In this document: positions 27,901-39,900 of the stretch, in pieces
Position numbering within the stretch: position 1 is the stretch's first letter
Layout: each line of letters starts with the position of its first letter
Source: Tubulanus polymorphus
Lineage: Eukaryota > Animalia > Nemertea
DNA: 64,000 nt
Direction: 5' to 3'
Assembly (NCBI RefSeq): GCF_964204645.1
Contig: NC_134033.1
Location: 7,758,655-7,822,654 of the forward strand
Notes under the pieces: generated by a model
Database searches by the model: none
The model's input: the letters and a program-made list of their open reading frames with translations, nothing else
Told to the model about the DNA's origin: nothing
Made by a program: the position numbers and the translations under genes

Positions 27901-30900
27901 TAATTCGCTATCGTTTTTCGCTACCGCTCCGCCGGTCATTAAACAGTTTGACGTTAAAGCGTTGTCCGTTGTTAGTCCTTTTGTCGCTCAGTCTCCGACA
28001 TGAATTATAGTGCATTTAAGATCAATGGATAGATACACCTACCTCATTTCTATCAGTGCTGTTCGTTTTGTGTATTATTCCATTCGAATGAATCACCTGA
28101 CATTTCGCAAGACATGAAGACAACAGATGTATAACAGCCGGTAACATCGTTACTACATTAATGACATTTTTTGGAATGTCGTTCAACAGGTCGTTTGTTA
28201 TTTGTTCATGAAGAATTTTCATCTCCGCTGTCGTTTCACAACTTTTCTGAGTGTTCTTCATCTGAAGGAGAATGAAAACAGTTTGTTTAAGGTTTTAAAT
28301 AAATTGCCCATGGGCAAAGTGTGGTTTACCTTGAAAGCTAGAGGTTGTTTGGAGTAAGGGCATTGCTTGAAAAATCTTATTAATTCGTGACTTCAAAGTT
28401 CTAGAAGTTTATATTGTATTCTATGTTTCTTACAGTATTATTTTGTAGTCAAATAAGACCAAAGATAAACATTGGTTTATGGTCTGCGTCCAAAATTTCG
28501 TAGGGTACAGGCAGGCGCGGGAGGGAAACTATTTTATATTTTCAAAAAAATATTTTTCACAATATGAAAAAATATTCAAATAAAATTCACATGATGTCAC
28601 ATCTCAGAGGGTGGCTGAATATCGAGTCTTGGGAACGAAACCTCTTCCAATGTAAGGCCGCGGAAGCTAAAACACCGGGGCGTAGTATTGGATCGTTTTA
28701 AATCCTGGAATTTACCACTACAATATTCAGACCTCGACCTATACCTATAGTTTGCTGCTTAGTATTTTCAGGTCACAAGAAATTACAATTTATTACAAAT
28801 TCTATCAAACAGCGTTACAGCATCACCATACCAGTATAGTAGTCATTTGAACGTGTGTTTGTGTGCAGCAGTCTAATGTTTTGCACTCATGCGCAAGTGG
28901 AGGCCTGTGTAGTGAACGTTCGCTTCACTTCAATCTCAATCACCGGGTATTAACCCTTTCGCTACGTACACGCTTGCACCGCCCCGTACGTAAGGTATTT
29001 TCCGAAAAATTCGATTTTTTTCAAATTGTTTTTAACCCCGATTTTTCGCGTTTTTATCGAAGATTATGATGTTATTTAGTGAAAATCAGTAAAAATTCAT
29101 ACCAACAGCCTTTTCTGTAGGGGGGCGTGTTGGGGGGGGGGGGGTCAGGATGGGTTAGAAATTTTTTTTTTTCAGTTCGTCCCAAGAGTCGTCTCCGCCC
29201 AGTCCGAAATCACCCCCGTCATCTAAATCGTCATCTTCACTGTCGTCGTCGGCGTAAATCTTGCCTAAAACTTGATTAGCACTGAAAACTTTCTTTCGAG
29301 CAGCCATCTCAATCCCGCGCAAATTACCATGTGCTCAACAGGCTGACAGCACCAACTACTGACGCATTTTCGCCATCTGTTGTTTAGAAAGCTAACTATC
29401 TTGTCTTACATGCGTTTCCATACTGTTTGCTGTGTACGCGTTCGAGTTATAAATCAATAGGTGCATGACGTTTCTACAACGTCATACGCACAGCACGTGT
29501 CACTCATATGACGTTTCCAAAACGTCACACGTAGCGAAAGGGTTAAAATGAAACAATACCTATGGCGATATGTGAAATAATTATATTCTCACCAGCAATG
29601 AGCATTTAAAATTCGCACATATACGGCACCAGTCCAATGAAACGTTCGCCATTAATGGCTTTCCCATAATTATTTTAGTAGCGCCGGGAATTCCCCGTAT
29701 ATCCCAAAAACAGCCAATCACATTCGCTCGTAGAGACGACGCCCCCGATCGAGGTCATTGCAATTTTATACGCAAAAGCTAAGAATTTTCCCGCCAAAAA
29801 CAGTTTTTCGTCGAATTTAAACAAAGTTGACCATGTCATCGACGGAGTTCATCATGCCTTCAATCGCATCGATTATATGTCGTTTAACCCGAGAACCAAT
29901 GAAAAAAATGCTCACATAAAAAAACGTACCGCGATTTTACATGAATTGGCTCAATGCCAACCTCATACTGCTAACAAAGGTAAACCAAAAACCAAGAGGT
30001 ACCTGGTAAGAGGTCGAAGCAAGGATCCCTGAAGGCTTATGGCATCTAAAGTACTGGTAGATAGAAATAATGTTTAAGTAATGTTTAATGATGTTGCCCA
30101 GCCTCTGACAGCCCCGCATTTTAGAAGCTTGCCAAACTAATAATATTGTACCTAGTCTGGGTTAGAGTACCGGTCTAGTATTTTCCCTTACAATTTTTAA
30201 AACATGCACTGAGCGAGGTGCTGGCTTGGTGATTGGCTTGCGGTACTTTGTAATAAGCTGAATCCCCTTGTTGAGTATTAAGTGCATCGCTGGATGGTTT
30301 CTGAGCTGTTATATGATGATGTTTTGATGTGGTGGCAGGTTTTGTCACCTGAAATCTTATGTTTACAACTGCTGTTTGGTCATTGTTTGTGATCTTATTA
30401 ATTGAAACAAACAAGGAAACTAATCTAGATATGTTGTTGTTGCAATCACACCTATCATCATCTTTATACCTTCTAATAATGAGTGTCACTTACTAAAGTA
30501 TCACAATAATAGGGAAATTTGATTATTTTTCAGCTCCCACGCGTAGTGGGTAATGCTTTTAGATTTGGCCAACACATGATCTGAAAAATGCCCGCATCTC
30601 AGCTATTAATAACGAACCGGACATGACGTATATGGTACAGAACATTCAAATTGAGCGAGCTAAAGTGCTTCTTTTTTTATATAGCTTTGACCAAATCGCA
30701 ATTAACAGATGTTGAAGGATCCAGAAATCAAATCAATTAGCCATTATCAAGTGCAGGAGTAATAAGTATAAAAAAATTTGAAAATTCAGCATGTACATAG
30801 ATTCAAATAATCCTTCAAAGTAATTTTTTATTCATTTTTTCAGACTGACAAATAATAGTTCAATCTACCTTCTAGATAATTCTCAAAGCTATTGAATGGC

Positions 30901-33900
30901 ACGAGAACAGGAACTGGCATCGAGATTGAACAGAAAATACATGGACTTTCCCAAAGAGATGCCAGTTTCAAGAGATGCCAGTTTCCAGCCTGCTCAAAAG
31001 CTAAACGCATATGATGCATGTTGAAAATGCTGGCAAGTTTAAGAACATAAATTGATCCAACCTTACCTTAGCTAAACAGTTCCTAATCACCAGCCGTGTC
31101 CAAAATCCAAGAATCTTCCCCCGTTTTGTAGTATTAAACTTATTTATCTAAAAAAATGAATCAAGCATTACGTATAGATAAATGCAGAGAGGATGACCTG
31201 AGCTCCTCAAATTGTGAAATTGAATTCAGAGCCAGATTTTATAAACCAGATTTAACTTTAATATAGGGTTTGAATAAACTATGAACCAATTGTGAACACC
31301 CAGGATCCATGCGTCAGTTCATTTTGGGGTCCCTTACGACAAATCAATATCAGTTTTGGATATATCTTCACATTGACACGTTTTTTGGGGTGGGTCAAAT
31401 ATCATTTATAATTAGTTTAGAGTACCTAAATATTTTCAGAGAAACTTCATAATCTGAAAAAGTGCATCCTTTAATGTGTTCCATAATGTGTTCAGTGTTC
31501 CATATATGACCCCAATTTGTTGATTGAAAACGTACAAGCTAGGTTCTAGCCATGGGTATATATATATGACCCCTTGGGTCAAAGTTGTAAATCTAATTTC
31601 ATGGAGCACCACCTGGTGAATTTTCTACTAACCTACAAGGCTCATATATGAAACATTGGACTTTTTAGTTTAGGTAGCACAGGTGCTATTAAACACAGCT
31701 ATGAACTGTTGCACCATCAACAATTCTTAAACTTATGATAGGCTAATTTGGAGGGGTTAAATTTGACCCGCAGGGCCATGGGCAAAGTGGTATACCTTGA
31801 AAACTGGAGCTTTCCAGCTTGGAGTTTGCCAAGGGCATTGCCTCTTAAGAGTTTATAGCCTTCAAAAATCTATCATACATTGCATTTTATTTTCAAATAA
31901 GGCCAAAAAATAAACATTTGTTAATGGTTTGTGTCCAAAATTTGGTAGGGTAGGTAGATAGGGAAACTAGGGGTCCACCATGCCCACTTGGGAAGTGGTT
32001 CCAAATGCTCAACAATCTAACAATTTCAATATTCAACGCCCCCTGGTGACCGTATACAAAAACCAATGACCTTGAAACTCACCACAATCATATAACATGT
32101 CAGCAGCTATGATTTTGTAATTGATTGTGATAACAATATATGCCTCGTTACCAATTTAAAGTAGTTCTAGAATCTAAAAATGAAGTTTATGTCATATCAT
32201 GGCTAAGGGTTTCTTAAGATGATTGGAAAAGAATTAGTGCAAAAAAAAAATTTTTAACAGATTTAGAGAGCTTTTTCTACTATAGCCTGAATCAAAACAT
32301 TGCGCCATAGTCACGTGACCTGATGACGTAGTAAATTGACACGCAGTAGTACTACTGGTTAGTAGACGCTCCATTCCTACTGTACTACGGCGATCAGTTT
32401 TTTAGCGTGTTTATAATGGTAAAGAAATGTGTAGCATACGGTTGTTCTAAAACAAACAAAGACGGAGTATCTCTTCATCAATTTCCGAACCCAGAGAAGA
32501 ATAATGGGAACGATTTAGCAGAATTGAACCGGCAAGTAAAACAAACGCGAGCCGATTGGGAAGGCCCTCCCGGTCAGTACGGCACTCCGGCTTGGAATTC
32601 GTGCGTTTTATGTTCGGATCACTTTACCCCTGACCGTTTTGAGCCTAAAAGCTCAGTTGCCATAGCCCTCAGATACAAAGTTAAAAAGTGTATTAAAGGA
32701 TGGAGCGGTCCCGACTATTTTTAAGCGGAGATCCGACTCCAAAGCTCAGCGTTGTGGTAGCGAGTCGCGAGGTTAGTATTGACATTTTGTAAATCCGAGA
32801 TGTATATTTACTGTGATTGGTATGATTTATTTGTTTTATTGACGCTTTGAACGCACATGTTGACATCTGTCAAACTTGATCAATTCAATTTCAATTCAGT
32901 ATTTTCAGGCCTAATTGCTTGATTCAGTCGTGCTGCATGTCTTATCTGAGCGTTTTATACATATCAGCGCTAATTTGTCTTTTAATCAGCTCATCAACTC
33001 GCTGTTGGCTGAAGAAAATCAAGCAAGTGTATGGAAGGCGAAAACCACCAAAACATGGTTATATGTCATTCGATAATAAAAAGGTTTAAATTGATGATGA
33101 AAACATATAAAAAGGTGATGAAAACAAATAAAAAGGTGATAAAAACATGAAAAACTGTCAAAAGGCGATAAAAGGTCGATCGATGGTATTTCATCATATT
33201 TTCATATTTTATCACCTTTTTATCTTTTACCACCTTTTCATTATCTTTCAACAGCAACCATTCGATGATACGAATGCCATCTATCGGCATAGAGACGCGT
33301 CAATCCATCTATTTCAGGCGAATAGCAGATAGGACAACTCTAACAAATGCGTAATAATAAGTGTCGGGTAGCCTAAATCAACTTAGTCGAGAAATCGTTG
33401 AATGCGCGGGCGTCATGACATGTGTATTTGTATAGGTTTTATTGCACTTTTGGGTTCAGGTCCAGGAGAAAATTCATATTTACATGAACTTTGATAATGC
33501 CAGTTGCACTAGTTCAGTCGTGCGTGCTACGGGCAATAATCTCGATTACTCGGGAAATGTCTTCTGACAATTTGTCGAGACTAAGTTAAGCTAAGGCTCG
33601 AATCCAGAATGTCAAATAGCAAATGATCTTAAATTTTCAGCAACACCTTCACTTGTTTGCTGACAAGCGAATTGTCCAAATAAATTGATCAATTCTATTC
33701 ATAAATCATTTTGCTCGTTAATCAATAAGGATAATGAATTTTTCGCTTTGTCAGTTTTAGAAAGGATTACTTAGTATCTTTCCTGATAAGAGTCATTCAT
33801 GAATTGCCAAAATTTTATGAATATGTGATACATAAAATTCTCACAACAGTCTAATAAGAGTAAGTAAGGCATCACAATTGTTGACGCAAAGTTTTTCTTA

Positions 33901-36900
33901 AGAAAAATTAATAAGCATTTTCTTATTAATATTAAAGGTACCCCGAGAAGTCATTGAATGGAACAAAAATGCCTCAGAATCCAAGCATTCTAGATAAATT
34001 TACAAAAAAATGATCAAAATTCATTAGGAAATACATGTAAATAAGGGACTCGAACATGATCATATTCAATTTGTTCGGGATTCGAAGATTATAGCGCGAC
34101 AACAGAGTGTGGAGTAGAGACATTGGAAATCATATCTACTTTTTACCAGAAATAGATGGATTGATAGCCTCTATATGCACAGATGGCGTTAGTAGTATCA
34201 TCGAATGGTTGCTATTGGCAACCGTTGAAAGATAATTAATAGGTGGTAAAAGATGAAAAGGTGATAAAATATGAAAATATGATAAAATACCATCAATTGA
34301 CCTTCACCTTTTGACAGGTTTTCATGTTTTCGTTTTACATGTTTTCACTATCTTTTTGTATGTTTTCATCATCTATTTAAACCTTTTGATTATCGAATGA
34401 CATACAACCATGTTTTGGTGGCTTTCGCCTTCCATACAAGTGACACAACAACAACAAACCAAGAAATCTCTCCTATGCCTATTGATGACTGCTTTGATGA
34501 TACTCCTCCACCATGTCCAAACACTGCTGATTTTTCAACCCAAGTCAATTTGAAACCCGTCAAGTCAAAGATTTACAAAAGAAGTAAAGGTAGGTTTCAT
34601 AATAGGTAATTAAATTTCAATTTTTATGACCCAGGCCTAGGCAATAGCCTATTCAACACTCAACCGTTACTTTTAATTCAAGGTTCAACAGCAAAGCCGC
34701 GAATTAGAGACGTGATGACTCAGACACGAGGTTCACTGACTAACTCATGCGATCAAAGTTTTGTCTCTGTCCAGGACTATTTGGACGATTTTTCTGATAT
34801 CGACGATGACCCTGAATGTGATTTCATGAGCCAGGATCCCGATTATCGACCGAGCACTGATGATGAACAAGATGAAGTGTAAGTTGGTCATTGTTTTTTT
34901 CTAGTTCATTTTAACTTGACGTGGTCAATACCGTATGGTATTATGTATCATTTTAGAGACGAGATTGCTGTAGGACCCTGTAGTAGTAAAGGCGAAAAAA
35001 TGTATCTCGTTAGTGAAAGTCATCTGCTGTCACTATTCAAACAATGTCCTATGTGTTTAACAGAGTCAGAACACAGGATTAGTATCAACGGTACTGCGAT
35101 AACGATTTTTCAAGAATGCCAATCAGGTTTTTGCGGCTATACAAGGACATGGTCAAGCCAGCCGACTATAGGCAATATAAAAGCAGGCAACATAACCCTG
35201 AGCGCTGCTTTTCTACTTGCGGGACTGTCACCTGCTAAAGCACTAAGATTTTTAAATCATATAAATGTGCAGAATATTTCATATGACACCTACATGAAAC
35301 ATCAGGCCAAATATCTAATTCCGTCCGTAAATGATGTCATGACAGTCGAACACGCTGAATTCGTGAATGAAATCGCTCACGATGGAAATGGTGGTATCAT
35401 GGCATTCGGTGATGGTCGAGCAAGTAGTCCTGGTAAGTTTCTTATCTTTACGTTTGGACAAATAACATTCTATTGAAATAATATGATATTATTAACATAT
35501 GTATACCAACAATTTTTAGGTCATTGCCATGGAAAAAGAAGGCCTTACTTGAGCCCTAGCCCAATTGGATGCGGAGGGGATTAAAATAAAGGAACTGGTA
35601 ACCGACAGGCACGTGTCGATACGGAAAATGATCAGGGAACAACATCCAACTATCAGACACAGTGTCGATACATGGCACGTTGATAAAGGTACGAAATTAT
35701 CTTAGATAAAGTGAATATGGTAGATATCAGGTTAATAACCAGTAAAGTAATTTTTTAAGGAATGAGTAAGAAACTGACTGCTCTTGGCCAGGAAAGAGAT
35801 TATGAGCTTGTCAAAAAATGGAAACCAGCAATTTCTAAACACCTGTACTGGTGTGTGAATAAGGGGAATGGAAACGCTGATGTGTCTGTGGCAGCATGGA
35901 AAGCCCTCGAGAATCATGTGATTAACATTCACAATCATTATGACCCGGACTTCGATAGATGTTTGCATGGTGAGATAGAGGAAAGAGAATGGTTTAAACC
36001 TAGTAAGTAATAATAAGCAGTTTGGCTTGTATCAATGCATGTGGAATTCTGATCAACTGTTAAATTTGCAGTCTATTTCAGAATAATTGATGGATCACAA
36101 TCCAAAACATAATAGGTAACATGTATCATATCAGACTTGTTTACATATATTTATGTCATACATTATACGGTAACATGTATCATATCAGACTTGTATCTAT
36201 GTCTTACGGCTTCTGGTGTTTGTCTACTCTCACTCTTTTTTAACCTGAATCTTACTATTGTATGTGTGCTATCAGTATAATGCTTTTTGATAATCTTGCT
36301 ACATATAACTTAATTTCTCAAGAATTTTATCATCTGTTCTGTGATGTGTTACTACACTGACTACACTATATATGGTTTTTACCATGCACTGGGCTACAAA
36401 ATTTGAAAACATTATGCTAGTGAGATGAAATATTTTAATTGCAGCGTCTAAGGCTTACACAAAGTTAAAAGGAATAGCCTTCTCGACCAATATCAGTATA
36501 ATGCTTTTTGATAATCTTGCTACATATAACTTAATTTCTCAAGAATTTTATCATCTGTTCTGTGATGTGTTACTACACTGACTACACTATATATGGTTTT
36601 TACCATGCACTGGGCTACAAAATTTGAAAACATTATGCTAGTGAGATGAAATATTTTAATTGCAGCGTCTAAGGCTTACACAAAGTTAAAAGGAATAGCC
36701 TTCTCGACCAATATGATGAAAGATGTCAGACAGCTGACACCTAATAGCATTACATCTGGAGGCGAATCTTCTTTCATTATTGAATCATATGGCTCCCAAG
36801 ATGCTACATTTCAGCTATCACTGTATTCGTGCTAGGTAAGTAACAACTATGGAATAAATAATGAGAAAGATTATTGGATATCATTGGTGTGACGTGTAAA

Positions 36901-39900
36901 TAGTACAAATACTGGTAAAATTGTGATGTTGATTAAATATAGGTATCAAAAAGCTGTGTTACATCACAATGAAAATTCAAATAGGGCTCAATCCAAGACC
37001 AAGGATGGTGATGACGGGTATAATATTGTTTACCCAAAGAACAAGAAAGGCAGCCACACACTTTGTAAAGTGTTTGAAAAGGCCACATATGGTAAAGTCT
37101 AATAGAAATGCAGTGTTAATTGCCATGATGGAAAGAAATGATAGATTTATACTGTTTTTCCCATTGTAGGATATGCCACTAGGCTAATGAATGCTGTCTA
37201 CGAGAGGGTCTTGAGTGACAACAAATATTTAGAAGATTCGTCAAAGCCACCACCGTTGACCAGCTCTGTTAATAAAGTATCGAAAGAGGAGGCCATCAAG
37301 CTGCATAAATCGAGATTTGTTGACAAATGAAACAAATCATGAGCAATAATGCTGCATTATAATTGACCTGTAGTTTATTTGTACATATATACAGTTATTT
37401 ACACATATAACGTCATTTTAGATGAGGGAGCTTGAATCCCTTATAACTGTTACTGCCATCCGGGAATGAACTTCGGATTTTTGAGACAGAACATGATGGA
37501 ATCGCAATTCGGTTTCCTTTCCCTAACCTTTCATGTATCCACTCGGTGAATTGTCGGTAACTGGTAAAGCGATATTTCCTGAAAGTAAATTTGTATATGT
37601 GTTCAACATATAATTCCTAAACAGATACTGGTAAGTAAAATAATATTTTATTTGTTGAACTGTCTAATATTAGATAAACTAAACTGATATGATGAGTAAT
37701 ATTGTACATATTTTATGATTTATCAGAGCGGTGAAAATAGAATCTATGTTTAATACTGATTTACTCACTCTGGTTGTGATTGGTTAGGTTCTATGTAGTC
37801 TGTTTTCTTGTAATGTTGGTATCCAAGTTCCAGAGCCCAAGGATCGAGGCATACACCATAAAAACTTGGATAATCCACGAAGCATTTTAGTTCTACATTA
37901 TTTTCCGAGGCGTGCTGCTCCATCTTATAGGCTACCTTATTCAATTCCTGACAGCAACCACATTCATCTGGTGTACTCATGGCGGTGCAGTTGGTGCAGG
38001 TACACCTGAAGAAAATACACATTTATAAATGGTTCAATTAAATTAATATGTTATATTGAAAATGTATTTCGAAGAAAAATTGTGTTTTCTATGGTATAAA
38101 AACATTGTTTTGCATTTTATATTTCTATCATTCCTATCTTAATAAAAAATAAAACATTATTAAAGATTCATTAAGACCAGGATTTATCAAGTTTTGTTAT
38201 GATTTACCAGTCATTGTTGTCAACTCTATAGGCATACTCGTGTTCCTCGGATTCTTGGTTTTCATTTTGGGTAGCAGGATTTGCCAAGGGTTCCAATGCA
38301 TAAGGGTCGAGCTCGTTTAAGTCTATGGAGTCATCACTGACATCTGCAAATGAGAAATGAAAAGCTGATAAGGCTAAGTGCCAACTGTCCATTCGGTTTT
38401 AGGTTGATAGTCATAAACCATCCGATAGGCCTAATACCAATTATTAGGTTAGGCCTATTCAAGTTCAAGTGGCCAAGACCTCTATTACAGAGCGTAATAG
38501 CATCTTTTGAGACTATAATTGTATCTTAAAGTGATGACAAGTCGCAATGAACTTACAAACGTCACTTTATACCAGGAATAAAATGAATTTAAATTTGTGT
38601 TTGGTGACGGGTCGTATTAGAAACCGAGTGAGTCCACCCCTTCAATGCACGAAAACCGAGTTTAACAAGTGCCAATACTTATGAATATGATTAATATTTA
38701 TGCCTACCCGAATGCTGCTGTAAATATTGTTGTATACCGTGGTTATAAGTACAGTGAGAGTCGGCGATGGCTGACGCACGGTGCCGGATCGAGTCTGATT
38801 GTATTAGCGACTCACTTCGAAGCAGCATTCAGCTTTAACACGATCATTGATATGGCCGAGATGTGTCAATTATCATAAAATCACATTGATTGATTCACCT
38901 CTGCTGGAAAATGACTCGTTGTCGTTTTCAGTTACATTTTCCTCCGGATAATTGCTGTCAGAATCGCTCAATTCATGTGTGTTTACACTGGATGCTGCCA
39001 TGTTTGTCAATTTGCTACGTCATCCAGTCACGTGACTGCTAATCAGAATTTCAAGGAAGAGGTTCTCGGAAAGTCGATTTAAATGCTCATATACAAGATT
39101 GAAATGAACGATATGATTATTTTAAACATTCTCATATTAAAAGAATACCATTATAGTTTACAGTTACCGACAGTTTGCTATAACATTCTAGAACTACTTT
39201 AATATGGAAATACTAAGTTCTTCTACTATTCAACGCCCCCTGGTGACCATATTCAAAACAAAATGACCTTGAAACTCACCACAATCATAGACCATGTCAC
39301 AAACTATAACTTTGTAATTGATCATGGTAACAAAACATGCCTAGGTACCAATATAATAAGGAAATACTAAGTTATTCCACTATTCAATGCCACCTGGTGA
39401 CCATATAGGATAACTAATGGCCTTTAAACTTGCCACAATCATAGATGATGTCATGAGCTACAACTTTGCAATTGATTGTAGTTACAAAATATGCATTGAT
39501 ACGAATATAATATAGAAATACTAAGATATTGTATTATTCAACACCCCCTGGTGGCCATATACAAAAACCAATGACCTTGAAACTCACCACAATCATAGAA
39601 CACGTTATGAGCTACAAGTTTTTAATTGATTGTGGTAACAAAATACGCTTAGGTATCTATATAATGTGGAAAAACTTTTTCTCAACTACGAATGAGTACT
39701 GATGACACCTAGATGGCCGCCAATTGCGTCATAATTGGCTGATCAAAAATACCTGTCTCAGGTATAAAACATCCCTTTTCAAAGAATACCCATCACAAAT
39801 TGCAATGAGAAATGGCAAACCAGTAGGGAGCTACAGGACTCAGAATTCGGGCCAAAATTAACATTTTTGGGCACTAAAAAAGGTCATAGGACGGTCATCT

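Larger units (their letters stand above)
21812..28000 (+). mobile_element. BEL/Pao LTR retrotransposon, disrupted, with truncated 5' LTR
   Basis: Gag with multiple Cys/His knuckles, protease ALLDSASE, RT ADVQCMFHQV and FYVDDLL, Pao RNase H FCDVSEKGFGAVAY, integrase GVDYFGP/SDNGTNF/WERL; PPT AAGGGCGGGGGGA. Confidence 0.95.
32416..37330 (+). pseudogene. Kolobok THAP-domain DDE transposase, spliced and inactivated
   Basis: THAP CVAYGC...LCSDHF...AVPTIF (frameshifted); GDGRASSPGH, VTDRH, DIWH and TSGGES motifs. Internal deletion and stop near 35525-35552, MITE insertion at 33029, tandem duplication at 36270. Confidence 0.85.
32160..39198 (+). mobile_element. Kolobok DNA transposon (two convergent genes), 7039 bp
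   Basis: TTAA|AGTAGTTCTAGAAT...ATTCTAGAACTACT|TTAA; THAP-DDE transposase on +, KolX-like gene on -. Confidence 0.9.

Noticed and set aside
30175-30489. 104-aa minus-strand ORF as a host exon
   Set aside because: No phase-compatible donor, and the flanking exons already join in frame.
32160-39198. KolobokP-type element with long terminal direct repeats
   Set aside because: No long direct repeats at the ends, and the second gene is KolX-like rather than a nuclease.
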